A stretch of DNA of 64,000 nucleotides. Source: Heptranchias perlo (Eukaryota). Both the position numbers and the translations under genes were made by a program. This document shows positions 36,561 through 49,181 of the stretch, in pieces. The stretch lies in the NCBI RefSeq assembly GCF_035084215.1, contig NC_090330.1, positions 76,880,001 to 76,944,000 of the forward strand. Reading direction: 5' to 3'. A model generated the notes under the pieces. That model worked only from the letters and a program-made list of their open reading frames with translations. It was not told where the DNA came from and searched no databases. Within the stretch, counting starts at the first letter, position 1. The number at the start of each line of letters is the position of its first letter.

Positions 36561-39500
36561 GATTCCTGGGACATTGGGACCGGTTCTGGGGAAGGTGGGA
36601 CCTGTACAAGCGTGACGGGTTACACCCGAGCAGGACTGGGACCAATGTCCTCGCGGGGGTGTTTGCTAGTGCTGTTGGGGAAAGTTTAAACTAGAGTGGC
36701 AGGGGGATGGGAACCTGAGCGGGGAGTCAGAAGAGAATAAAGCTGAGAGCAGCAAGAGAGGGGAAGACCCAGGGGAAATCTACAATACAAATAGTACAAA
36801 CAGTTGTTCAATAACAAGTGAAAGGGAAAAGCGTAGAACAGCAGAAAGAAAGTGTACTTTAGGCACGACAGATAAAATAAAAACTAGAAGGCGCAAGGCG
36901 ATTAACCCAGCATCAAAGCTGTGGCAGGGGGTTGGGAACCTGAGCAGGGAGACAGAGGAAAGCGTGTCAGGAAGGGACAGAAGGTATGGAGTAAAAGGTA
37001 AAGTGTTAAAAAAGGAAGAAGCAGGAACTAAGTGTCACAAAACATATTTGAAAGTTCTTTATCTGAATGCACGTAGCATTCGTAACAAAATGGACGAGTT
37101 AACGGCACAAATAACTATGTATGGGTATGATCTTGTGGCCATTACAGAAACATGGCTGCAGGGTGACAATGACTGGGAATTAAATATGCCAGGGTATTTA
37201 ACAATCAGGAAGGACAGGCAGGAAGGAAGGGGAGGTGGGGTGGTTATGTTAATAAAGGAAGGAATTACTGTAATACAGAGAAATGATATTGGGACAAAAG
37301 ATCAGGACAATGAAACAGTTTGGGTAGAGATAAGGAATAATAAGGGGAAAAAAAACATTAGTGGGCGTAGTATATAGGCCTCCTATAGTTGCAACTCTGC
37401 TGGAAGAAGTATTAATCAGGAAATAGTCGGGGCATGTAATAAGGGAACAGCTATAATTATGGGGGATTTTAACTATCATATTAACTGGACAAATCAAATT
37501 GGGCAGGGCAGCCTTGAGGAAGAGTTTATTGAGTGTATTAGGGATGGATTTCTTGAGCAGTATGTAACTGATCCTACAAGGGGGCAGGCAACCTTGGACC
37601 TGGTCCTGTGCAATGAGCCAGGATTAATTAATAATGTCCTAGTTAAGGATCCCCTTGGAATGAGTGACCATAACATGGTTACATTCCATATCCAATTAGA
37701 GGGTGAGAAGGTTGGTTCTCAAACAAGCGTAGGCGTACTGAGCTTGAATAAAGGAGACTCTGATGGTATGAGAGCGGAATTGATTAAAGTGGACTGGGAA
37801 AATAGATTAAAGGGTAAGATGGTACATGAGCAGTGGTGTTCATTTAAGGAGTTATTTTACAACTTTCAAAAAATATATATTCCACTGAGGGGAAAAAAGG
37901 GTGTAAAAGAAATGACAGCCATCTGTGGCTAAGTAAAGAAATTAAGGATAGTATCCGACTAAAATCAAGGACATATAAGGGAGCCAAACTTAGTGGGAGG
38001 ATAGAAGATTGGGAAGTGTTCAAAAGACAGCAAAAAGTAACTAAAGGATTGATTAAGAAAGGGAAGATAGATTATGAAAATAAATTAGCAAAAAATATAA
38101 AAACAGATAGCAAGAGTTTCTACAGTTATATAAAAAGAAAAAGGGTGGCTAAGGCAAACGTAGGTCCCTTAGAGGATGAGACCGGGAAATTAATGGTGGG
38201 AAACATGGAGATGGCAAAAATGCTGAACAAATATTTTGTTTCAGTCTTTACGGTAGAGGACACTAAGAATATCCCAACACTGGACAAACAGGGGGATCTA
38301 GGGGGGGGAGGAGCTAAATACGATTAAAATCACTAAGGAATTGGTACTCAGTAAAAATAATGGGACTCAAGGCGGATAACTCCCCTGGACCTGATGGCTT
38401 ACATCTGAGGGTCTTGAGGGAAGTGGCAGTAGGGATTGTGGATGCTTTGGTAATAATTTTCCAAAATACTCTGGACTCGGCAAAGGTCCCGGCAGATTGG
38501 AAAACTGCTAATGTAACACCCTTATTTAAAAAGGGTAGCAGGCAGAAGGCTGGAAATTATAGACCAGTTAGCCTAACATCTGTGGTGGGTAAAATTTTAG
38601 AGTTTATTAAGGAGACAGTAACGGAACATTTGGATAAACATAATTTAATAGGACAAAGTCAGCATGGCTTTATGAAGGGGAAGTCATGTCTGACAAATTT
38701 GCTTGAGTTCTTTGAGGACATAACGTACAGGGTGGATAAAGGGGAACCAGTGGACGTAGTGTATTTAGACTTCCAGAAGGCATTCGACAAGGTGCCACAT
38801 AAAAGATTGTTGCTCAAGATAAAGAATCACTGGATTGGGGGTAATATTCTGGCATGGGTGGAGGATTGGTTATCTAACAGGAAGCAGAGAATTGGGATAA
38901 ATGGTTCATTCTCGAACCGGCAACCAGTAGCCAGTGGTGTTCCACAGGGGTTGGTGCTGGGTCCCCAACTCTTTACAATCTATATTAACGATTTGGAGGA
39001 CGGGACCGAGTGTAGCGTATCAAAGTTTGCAGATGATACAAAGATGGGAGGGAAAGTAGAGAGTGAGGAGGACATAAAAAACCTACAAGGGGATATAGAC
39101 TGGCTGGGTGAGTGGGCGGAGATTTGGCAGATGCAATACAATATTGGAAAATGTGAGGTTATGCACTTTGGCAGGAAAAATCAGAGAGCAAGTTATTATC
39201 TTAATGGCGAGAAACTGGAAAGTACTGCAGTACAAAGGGATCTGGGGGTCCTAGTGCAAGAAAATCAAAAAGTTAGTATGCAGGTGCAGCAGGTGATCAA
39301 GAAGGCCAACGGAATGTTGGCTTTTATTGCTCGGGGGATAGAATATAAAAACAGGGAGGTATTGCAGCAATTATATAAGGTATTGGTGAGACCACACCTG
39401 GAATACTGCATACAGTTTTGGTGTCCATACTTAAGAAAAGACATACTTGCTCTCGAGGCAGTACAAAGAAGGTTCACTCGGTTAATCCCGGGATGAGGTG

Positions 39501-39968
39501 GTGGACATATGAGGAGAGGTTGAGTAGATTGGGACTCCTCTCATTCTTCTGAACTCCAATGAGTAGCGATCTTATTGAAACATATAAGATTGTGAAGGGG
39601 CTTTATTGGGTGGATGCGGTAAGGATGTTCCCAAGGATGGGTGAAACTAGAACTGGGGGGCATAATCTTAGAATAAGGGGCTGCTCTTTCAAAACTGAGA
39701 TGAGGAGAAACTTCTTCACTCAGAGGGTAGTAGGTCTATGGAATTTGCTGCCCCAGGAAGCTGTGGAAGCTACATCATTAAATAAATTTAAAACAGAAAT
39801 AGACAGTTTCCTGGAAGTAAAGGGAATTAGGGGTTACGGGGAGCGGGCAGGAAGTTGGACATGAATTTAGATTTGAGGTTAAGATCAGATTAGCCATGAT
39901 CTTATTGAATGGCGGAGCAGGCTCGAAGGGCCGATTGGCCTACTCCTGCTCCTATTTCTTATGTTCTT
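36561..39968 (+). mobile_element. Long CR1 LINE: ORF1 C-terminus (SGNH esterase-like) plus complete but disrupted ORF2 (APE-RT)
   Basis: HWDRFWGRWDLYKRDGLH..GTNVLA ending TTA AAC TAG at 36694; APE (NARSI, AITETW, GDFN, LDLV, SDH); RT nearly identical to 1061-3046. Confidence 0.95.
36685..36694 (+). promoter_or_regulatory. Candidate -1 ribosomal frameshift site U_UUA_AAC immediately before the ORF1 stop
   Basis: ORF1 codons AGT TTA AAC TAG; the -1 frame (TTT at 36685) is open through the APE ORF annotated from 36964. Confidence 0.6.
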
Positions 39969-40439
39969 GTATATGTTTGTTTGAGGCCATCAGTTGTAGC
40001 AGTGTTTTTTTTTTCTGTTGGGACCTCTGGCACATATTTGCACTGAGATTTTTTGTCCTAATAACTTGCAAAAGACAGTCTCAGCCACCGAAGGAAAACA
40101 GTGCTGTCATTGTAGAAAGTCAGTCAACAAATATGAAAAAGTATAGAAATCTGATACGGAGAGACAGAAATCTGATGACCACGTGGAGCCTCTAAGGTCC
40201 AGTGACCCCAGTTTGTAATCCTGAGTTAAACTACTTTCACTTGTCTTTTTCTCTTTCTTGTATGTCATTGTGCTTTACTCCATTTAATGATCACGAAGGT
40301 GGGCGGGTGAAATGTTTGCAAATCATTGATGATGCTGATTACCACCAAAGTAAATTTGGCCGACTTGCCCTCTGGTTTTTCCTTCTTGATGATTCTGTTG
40401 AAGAACTTATTCTGTTGGGAAACAAGGGGCACAAGCCTT

Positions 40440-40875
40440 TGGTCCATACTTTATAATTTTAATGGAGAAAGTGTCACAGGCTTTATTCCCATTTACTCTA
40501 TTTGTATTTATGGAATGAGTAGTTTCTATGTTTCCTGTGATCTGAAACTGTGTAAGCCCAAACTGAATGCTAGTAGACTACTCAATGATGGCAGAAAGGC
40601 ATCACTGCTACAGCCAAGCCCAATCCTGCTCTCACCAAATGGGCGTGCACTCATAGTTTTCAACATGGATCAGTCGATAGTGTTCAGGAATGCGAACCGC
40701 GTTTGACTTTCTTACCTCCACCCTGAAGACATTTCCAGTTGTAGAGCCCTCATCATTGACCTTGCTAAGATCAGCAAACTGAGCAGAGACCAGAAATTTA
40801 ATTTCAAATCTTTCTGATCTTTGAGGCTCAAGATCAAACGACAATGCATTTCTTCATTGAGCCATTAGGGAAGCG
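40440..40875 (-). mobile_element. Ancient tRNA-head SINE-like repeat just upstream of the nectin-3 Ig-V exon
   Basis: Reverse strand begins ctaatggctcaatg (A-box-like), then ctggtctctgctcagtttgctgatcttagc, shared with the other copies. Confidence 0.5.
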
Positions 40876-40941
40876 GGGGGAAGAGGAATAAGTGAATTTT
40901 TGCTATCAAATGTTATAATACTCATTTATTTTTCTTAATAG

Positions 40942-41283
40942 GTGCCTTGGCTGGACCAGTTGTTGTTGATCGAAAGGTATCTGCAATTTTGGGCAAAAAT
41001 GCCACCTTAAAGTGTTTGGTTATGGTGAAAGAAACTGTAACTCAGATCTCCTGGGAGAAGCAAGAACATGGGACCACAGAAACTGTTGCAGTGTTTAATC
41101 CTATTTATGGAATCTCAATCCAAGGGAACTATCCAGGAAGAGCTGTATTCACAAACCCATCTTTAAAAGATGCAACAATTCTTATTACCAAAGTTGGGTT
41201 TTCAGATTCTGGAAACTACATCTGCAAGGTGGCCACTTTCCCATTGGGAAATTACCAAGAAACAAGCACTGTGACTGTGATCG
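40942..41283 (+). CDS. nectin3: Nectin-3 internal exon encoding the Ig V-type domain (342 nt, phase 1-1)
   Basis: tttttcttaatag| acceptor and |gtatgt donor; GALAGPVVV..GKNATLKC..TQISWEK..DATI...FSDSGNYICKVATFPLGN matches vertebrate NECTIN3 (PVRL3) as I recall it. Confidence 0.93.
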
Positions 41284-41583
41284 GTATGTATCCTATTAAA
41301 ACCCTGTACTAGTAGAAATTAGAAGATTTATTTTGTAATTTGTCCTGTTTGTCCCTGAGTCTTCGATTATCTGCCTACCTATCTATTAACACCAATTTGC
41401 CACTAAAGACACTCAAAAAAAAAAGTCATTGCAACAAAAACTAATTAGTAATACAAATGCTGGGTAGTAAATGAGATTTAAGCCACCCGATTGGTACTTT
41501 CTGGTACAGATTTTATACTTCTAGATATGCTAACATATTGCAGAGCTGTTTAAAAGAAAGAACAAATAAAGTTGCATTTATAT

Positions 41584-42586
41584 TTTTTTTATTCGTTCAT
41601 GGGATGTGGGTGTGGCTGGCGAGGCCAGCATTTATTGCCCATCCCTAATTGCCCTTGAGAAGGTGGTGGTGAGCCGCCTTCTTGAACCGCTGCAGTCCGT
41701 GTGGTGAAGGTTCTCCCACAGTGCTGTTAGGAAGGGAGTTCCAGGAGTTTGACCCAGCGACGATGAAGGAACGGCGATATATTTCCAAGTCGGGATGGTG
41801 TGTGACTTGGAGGGGAAGGTGCAGGTGGTGTTGTTCCCATGTACCTGCTGCTCTTGTCCTTCTAGGTGGCAGAGGTCACGGGTTTGGGAGGTGCTGTCGA
41901 AGAAGCCTTGGCGAGTTGCTGCAGTGCATCCTGTGGATGGTACACACTGCAACCGCAGTGCGCCGGTGGTGAAGGGAGTGAATGTTTAGGGTGGTGGATG
42001 GGGTGCCAATCAAGCGGGCTGCTTTGTCCTGGATGGTGTCGAGCTTCTTGAGTGTTGTTGGAGCTGCACTCATCCAGGCAAGTGGAGAGCATTCCATCAC
42101 ACTCCTGACTTGTGCCTTGTAGATGGTGGAAAGGCTTTGGGGAGTCAGGAGGTGAGTCACTCGCCGCAGAATACCCAGCCTCTGACCTGCTCTTGTAGCC
42201 ACAGTATTTATATGGCTGGTCCAGTTAAGTTTCTGGTCAATGGTGATCCCCAGGATGTTGATGGTGGGGGATTCAGCGATGGTAATGCCGTTGAATGTCA
42301 AGGGGAGGTGCTTAGACTCTCTCTTGTTGGAGATGATCATTGCCTGGCACTTATCTGGCGCGAATGTTACTTGCCACTTATCAGCCCAAGCCTGGATGTT
42401 GTCCAGGTCTTGTTGCATGCGGGCTCGGACTGCTTCATTATCTGAGGGGTTGCGAATGGAACTGAATACTGTGCAATCATCAGCGAACATCCCCATTGCT
42501 GACCTTATGATGGAGGGAAGGTCATTGATGAAGCAGCTGAAGATGGTTGGGCCTTGGACACTGCCCTGAGGAACTCCTGCAGCAAT
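41584..42586 (-). mobile_element. Family-B LINE, 5'-truncated, young
   Basis: ORF 41876-42604; poly-T start; TSD TATAT at 41579-41583 and 42586-42590. Confidence 0.92.
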
Positions 42587-42921
42587 ATATAATGTCTTTT
42601 CCATTCCCAGGACATTCCAAAGCGCATCAAGCTAATGAATTATTTGTAAAGTACAGTCACAGTTGTTACACAGGCAAATACAATTTGTGCACTGCAAGGC
42701 CCAAAAATAATAATGAAATAATGAACAGGTAATCTATTTTGGTGTTGTTAGTCGAGGGATAATGTTGACCAGGACACAGGGAGAACACCTCTGCTCTCTT
42801 TCAAGTCGTGCCATTGGATCTTTTCCATGCACCTAAATTGTCAGTCTTTGGTTTAACGTCTCATCTGAAAGTGGCACCTCTGACAGTGCAGCACTTCCTT
42901 AGTATGGCAAGTAAGTGTCAG

Positions 42922-43142
42922 AGATCTTCCCTTTTGTTCTTTCCTCCCCTTCCTTTCCCTGGCTCTGTACTTGCTTAAAAACTGTTTAATCTTCAACCTC
43001 TTCCAGTTCTGACGAAGGGTCATCGACTTCAAACATTAACTCTGTTTCTTTCTCCACAGATGCTGCCTGTCTTGCTGAGTATTTCCAGCATTTTCTGTTT
43101 TTATTTCAGATTGCCAGCATCCACAGTATTTTGCTTTTGATC
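42922..43142 (+). mobile_element. Second PLE family, 3' fragment with a degenerate hammerhead motif
   Basis: TSD AAGTGTCAG at 42913-42921 and 43143-43151; CTGACGA-AGGGTCATCGACTT-CAAACATTA at 43009-43038; homologous to the 3' end of the GIY-YIG element 52731-53345. Confidence 0.75.
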
Positions 43143-44703
43143 AAGTGTCAGCCTAGATTATGTTACTGGAGCGGGGCTTGAACCCATGATCTTCTGCCTT
43201 AGGCGAGAGTACCATCACTGACCCAAGCTGACATTTGTAATCATTTTTGAATGCTTTTTGCAGGGAAACATGACCCACATAAATATTCTTACTGCGAGTA
43301 CTGGGGCCAGAGCATAATGTGCGATTTTTAAATTTCCTGCAAATGTATGTCCTATCTTTGTGTAAATACAAGCGAATTGGACTCGATCAATTAAATCTAG
43401 AATAGGATTCAATGTATGGCATTTTTGCCCATATACAATAACAACAGTGCACTGGTATTTAAGAATTGGTTTTACAAATGTCAAGTCGAAACAAATGTTT
43501 GCTAGTCGTTTTCTCCTGATTTGTTATGTAGCCAGTTTACTGTGTCATATTAATACAGTAGATTTATTGGTTTTTGATGTCTTGTAGGAGAAATGTAATA
43601 CGTTTTCCTTATCTATTTTAGAAGTTTAGGTTTAATGCAGTGGTAAAGCTCCTCTTGATGTTTGAGTAGTTCTTAACTTGTCAAGAAGTTTCTAAGTATT
43701 TTGATGAACACCACTGAAGTATAGTGTAGCATGCATGGCTTTCTCTTGTAGCCAGGTCATTTGCTTCACAGGCAATCTCTTTGCCTTCATTGAGGCATGA
43801 AGCTGTGAGGTAGAGAGCAAGCAGTAAGATTTCAGGTGAGGTGGCGCCGCCAGGAGACAAAGGGTGAGGTTCAAGCAGTCATGGTAGAGCGGTGTCTCTC
43901 TCTAACTTCTGCTTAGCTTTAAAAGTCTTTTTATCTTTGAACCACACCAGTGGGGTGGTGGCTTGTCAGCAATAGGTTCCTCCAAATACAACCCACGATT
44001 GATTGACTTCACTTGTTTTCTCTGTGTCCACGTAATCAAGTTAAGTCAGCAAGTGTTCAAACTATCTCCAACCATTTCCAGCCGACCTGGGGACGGTTCT
44101 TGTTGCTACGGTCAAGTTACTATCCTCTTCAGTGTGGCCTTCTACAACCTGTAAATTAACAATCCTTTTAACAATCCTTCAGACTTTTTAAAAGAGTCCT
44201 TTTCCTTCAGCATGCTTGAGCCGATTTAATATCAAGCTTTCATTTATCAGATGTATTTTTACTACATCTCATGCTGTGCTTCCAGGTAATGCCTTCCAAC
44301 AGCTGTCATCCTAAGTCTCTGTTTCCCATCAGCTGTACATCGAACATCTGCTTTCAGAATGGTAGAAAAACCTATGCAGAGTACCTGTGATATACCAGCC
44401 ATTCATTTTTCTAGACGTCCAAGTCCAATGCCACATGCCTGGCTTACATGTCAGCAACTGCTTGATCCAGATCCTCATGTGTGAGACTTGGACAAAGAAA
44501 TATGATCATTGTGAGGCAAGTTCCCCTTCCAGGATTCTCACTGAGGTATATCCAGAGCCCTTGCTCCCTGAAACTCTTTTCCTTGTTTGCCTCAAAGCGA
44601 TCTTACACCTTGGCCGTGGATCCTGTGCATGGGTTGAAGGAAGCCCTTCTGGACATGCCTTGGAATTCTGAACTATGAAGGAGAAATGTTTGGACATATG
44701 TCT

Positions 44704-47456
44704 TAGAAACATAGAAAATAGGAGCAGGAGTAGGCCATTTGGCCCTTTTTGAGCCTGCTCTACCATTCAATATGATCATGGCTGATCCTCTACCTCAGTA
44801 CCATATTCCCGCGCTCTCCCCATACCCCTTGATGCCTTTTGTGTCTAGAAATCTATCTAGCTCCTTCTTAAATATATTCAGTGACTTGGCCTCCACAGCT
44901 TTCTGTGGTAGAGAATTCCACAGGTTCACCATCCTCTGAGTGAAGAAATTTCTCCTCATCTCAGTCCTAAATGTCCTACTGTGACCCCTCGTTCTGGACC
45001 CCCCAGCTAGGGGAAACATCCTCCCTGCATCCAATCTGTCTAGCCCTGTCAGAATTTTTATATGTTTCAAAGATATTGCCTCTCATTCTTCTAAACTCGA
45101 GCAAATACAGGCCGAGTCGACCCAATCTCTCCTCATAAGACAGTCCTGCCATCCCAGGGATCAGTCTGGTGGACCTTCGCTGCGCTCCCTCTATGGCAAG
45201 TATATCCTTTCTTAGATAAGGAGACCAAAACTGCACACAATATTCAGGTGTGGTCTCACCAAGGCCCTGTATAACTGCAGCAAGACATCCTTGCTTCTAT
45301 ACTCAAATCCTCTTGCAATGAAGGCCAATATACCATTTGCCTTCCGAACTGCTTGCTGCACCTGTATGTTTGCTTTCAGTGACTGGTGTATAAGGACACC
45401 CAGGTCCCTTTGTACATCAACATTCTCCAATCTATCACTATTTAAATAATACTTTGCCTTTCTGTTTTTCCTTCCGAAGTGGATAACTTCAGTTTATCCA
45501 CATTATACTGCATCTGCCATGTATTTGCCCACTCACTCAAGTTGTCTATATCGCCTTGAAGCCTCTTTGCACCCTTCTCACAACTCATCATCCCACCTAG
45601 TTTTGTGTCGTCAGCAAACTTGTGCCCTCATCCAAATCATTGATATATATTGTGAATAACTGGGGCCCAAGCACTGATCCCTGCGGTACCCCACTAGTCA
45701 CTGCCTGCCACCCCGAAAAAGACCCATTTATTCCTACTCTCCGTTCCTGTCTGTTAACCAATTTTCAATCCATGAAGTGAGGTGAGAGTGACTGCCCTTG
45801 ACATCAGGCAGCATTTGACCGAGTGTGGCACCAAGGAGCCCTAGTAAAATTGAAGTCAACGGGAATCAGGGGGAAAATCAGTGGCTGGAGTCATACCTAG
45901 CACAAAGGAAGATGGTAGTGGTTGTTGGAGGCCAATCATCTCAGCCCCAGGACATTGCTGCAGGAGTTCCTCAGGGCAGATCCTAGGCCCAGCCATATTT
46001 AGCTGCTTCATCAATGACCTTCCCTCCATCATGAGGTCAGAAATGGGGATGTTCGCTGATGATTGCACAGTGTTCAGTTCCATTCGCAACCCCTCAAATA
46101 GTGAAGCAGTCCGAGCTCGCATGCAGCAAGACCTGGACAACATCCAGGCTTGGGCTGATAAGTGGCAAGTAACATTCGTGCCAGACAAGTGCCAGGCAAT
46201 GACCATTTCCAACGAGAGAGAGTCTAACCACCTCCCCTTAACATTCAACGGCATTACCATCGCCGAATCCCCCACCATCAACATCCCGGGGGTCACCATT
46301 GACCAGAAACTTAACTGGACCAGCCACATCAATACTGTGGCTACAAGAGCAGGTCAGAGGCTGGGTATTCTGCAGCGGGTGACTCACCTCCTGACTCCCC
46401 AAAGCCTTTCCACCATCTACAAGGCACAAGTCAGGAGTGTGATGGAATACTCTCCACTTGCCTGGATGAGTGCAGCTCCAACAACACTCAAGAAGCTTGA
46501 CACCATCCAGGACAAAGCAGCCCGCTTGATTGGCACCCCATCCACCACCCTAAACATTTACTCCCTTCACCACCAGCGCACAGTGGCTGCAGTGTGTACC
46601 ATCCACAGGATGCATTGCAGCAACTCACCAAGGCTTCTTCGACAGCACCTCCCAAACCTGTGACCTCTACCACCTAGAAGGACGAGAGCAGCAGGCACGT
46701 GGAAACAACACCACCTGCACGTTCCCCTCCAAGTCACACACCATCCCAACTTGGAAATATATCGCCGTTCCTTCATCGTCGCTCCTTCATCGTTGCTGGA
46801 TCAAAATCCTGGAACTCCCTTCCTAACAGCACTGTGGGAGAACCTTCACCACACGGACTGTAGCGGTTCAAGAAGGCGGCTCACCACCACCTTCTCATGG
46901 GCAATTACGGATGGGCAATAAATGCCAGCCTCGCCAGCAACGCGCACATCCCATGAACTAATAAAATAAAAGGATATTATCCCCAGTCCCATGTGCTTTA
47001 ATTTTGCACACTAACCTCTTATGTGGGACTTTATCAAAGGCCTTCTGAAAATCCAAATAAACCAAATCCGCTGGTTCTCCCTTATCTATTCTACCGGTTA
47101 CATCCTCAAAAAAAACTCCAGTAGGTTTGTCAAACATGATTTCCCTTTCATAAATCCGTGTTGACTTTGTTTAATCCCGTTGATATTTTCTAAGTGTCCT
47201 GTTATCACTTCCTTTATAATATACTCTAGCATTTTCCCGACTACTGATATTAGGCTAAATGGTCTGTAGTTCCCTGTTTTCTCCCTCCTTTTTTTACGTT
47301 TGCCACCCTCCAATATGCAGGAACTGTTCCATAATCTATAGAATTTTGGAAGATGACACTAATGCATCCACTATTTCCATGGCTACCTCTTTTAGTACTC
47401 TGGGATGCAGATTATCAGGCCCTGGGGATTTATCGGCTTTCAGTCCCATTAATTTC
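44704..47456 (-). mobile_element. CR1 LINE split by a family-B insertion
   Basis: tagaaacatagaaaatagg tail; RT pieces 44795-45430 and 47098-47313. Confidence 0.9.
45775..46971 (+). mobile_element. Family-B LINE, 5'-truncated
   Basis: ORF 45881-46663; family-B 3' end with A-rich tail. Confidence 0.92.
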
Positions 47457-48187
47457 TATCGTAGTCTTGTATGTCACCAGCTCATGTTACTGTTACTTGA
47501 AGAAAGATGATAGCGACACCAAAGTGCCCCTTTCTCCTTCCCAATATGGCCTCAAACGATAAAGTTGATATTGACCAGTTTTCCCAGGTACTCAATATAA
47601 TTCGATCAGACCCACCCCACCCCTTGTTTTTCCTTTGACTAGTGCAAAGCAATAAAGCTGCACTTTGGGGGCATCTGCTGCCATATCTTGCTAGTTAAGC
47701 TGTGGTTCAAAATTAGGTTGTGTTGGCCTAGTGCGCAAGCTCATTTGTGGCTAATTTTCTGGTGAGATTTGTTCCCCGTAATTTGAATAGGCTATAAGCA
47801 CAGGAAAAGCTTAGCCTATAACGCATTTGATTGGGGTTGGAAGATCCTGAGAGGCAGCAGCTTTTAAAGGACTACAGTTCGCCATTAGAAGGGAAATAGT
47901 GGTAGGAACAGAAAAATGGGAAAATTGGTCATAGTGGCAGATCAGAGACGTGAGCTATATTTGATGCTGAAGAGTTGGAGGTCATACTACAGGAGATGCA
48001 CCAAAGGAGAGTGGTCCTATTTTGAGCTGAAAACTACCATCCCATAAAGGAACAGATCAGGCTGTATCAGGTGAAATTGCCGGCCAAGTGAATGCATTCA
48101 TCTTGCTCCTTTGCCTTCCCCCGATGCTAAAAAAAAAATTAGAGACATTTTTTGGCATTGGGGAATGCAAAAGTTAGTGTGTTCCCT

Positions 48188-49181
48188 TAGAATCATGGAA
48201 TGGTTACAGCACAGAAGGGGGCCATTCGACCCATCAAGCCCATGCCGGCTCTTTGTAAGAGCAATCCAGTTTTCCCATTCCTCTGCTCTTTCCCCGTAGC
48301 CCTGCAAATTTTTTCCCTTCAAGTATTTATCTAATTCTTTTTTGAAAGCAGTGATTGAATCTGCTTCCACCAACCTTTCAGGCAGTGCGTTCCAGGTCAT
48401 AACTACTCACTGCTTAAAAAATTTTCCCTCATATCGCCTTTGGTTCTTTTGCCAGTCACCTTAAATCTGCGTCCTCTGGTTCTTCACCCTTCCGCCAATA
48501 GGAACAGTTTCTCTTTATTTACTTCATCTAAACCCTTCATGATTTTGAACACTTCTATCAAATCTCCTCTTAACCTTCTCTGCTCTCTGGAGAACAACCC
48601 CAGCTTCTCCGGTCTATCCATGTAACTGAAGTCCCTCATCCCTGGAACCATTCGAGTAAATCTTTTCTGCACCCCCTCTAAGGCCTTCATATCTTTCGTA
48701 AAGTGCGGTGCCCAGAATTGGACACAATACTCCAGCTGTGGCCGAACCAATGTTTTATCAAGGTTCAATATAACATCCTTGCTTTTGTACTCTACGCCTC
48801 TATTGATAAAGCCCAGGATCCTGTATGCTTTTTAAACGCATTCTCATCCTGCCCTGCCACCTTCAAATATTTTTGCACATATACCCCCAGGCCTCTCTGT
48901 TCCTGCACCCACTTTGGAATGGTACCTTTTAGTTTATATTGCCTCCCCTCATTCTTCCTGCCAAAATGTATCACTTCGCACTTCTCTGCATTAAATTTCA
49001 TCTGCCATGTGTCCGCCCATTCCACCAGCCTGCCTATGTCCTGTTGAAGTCTATTACCATCCTCCTCACTGTTTACTACAATTCCAAATTTTGTGTCATC
49101 TGCAAATTTTCAAATTGTGCCCTGTACACCCAAGTCCAAGTCATTAATATATATGAAGAAAGCAGTGGTCCTCGGACCGAC
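48188..49181 (-). mobile_element. 5'-truncated CR1 LINE
   Basis: tagaatcatggaatgg tail; ORFs 48484-48768 and 48792-49025; close to 23043-24030. Confidence 0.92.

Larger units (their letters stand above)
41552..43233 (-). mobile_element. DeuSINE (SacSINE1/AmnSINE1-like), split by two later insertions
   Basis: Tail ttgcatttatat, Deu-like core gtttaacgtctcatctgaaa..ggcacctc, head with ggggcttgaaccca; pieces at 41552-41583, 42587-42921 and 43143-43233. Confidence 0.75.

Noticed and set aside
40947-41312. ORF track call as a standalone 121-aa gene
   Set aside because: The start is an internal TTG and the end runs into the intron; the real unit is the spliced exon 40942-41283
43690-44700. Coding-like composition suggesting a decayed retroelement or pseudogene
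   Set aside because: No recognisable motif in any frame by eye
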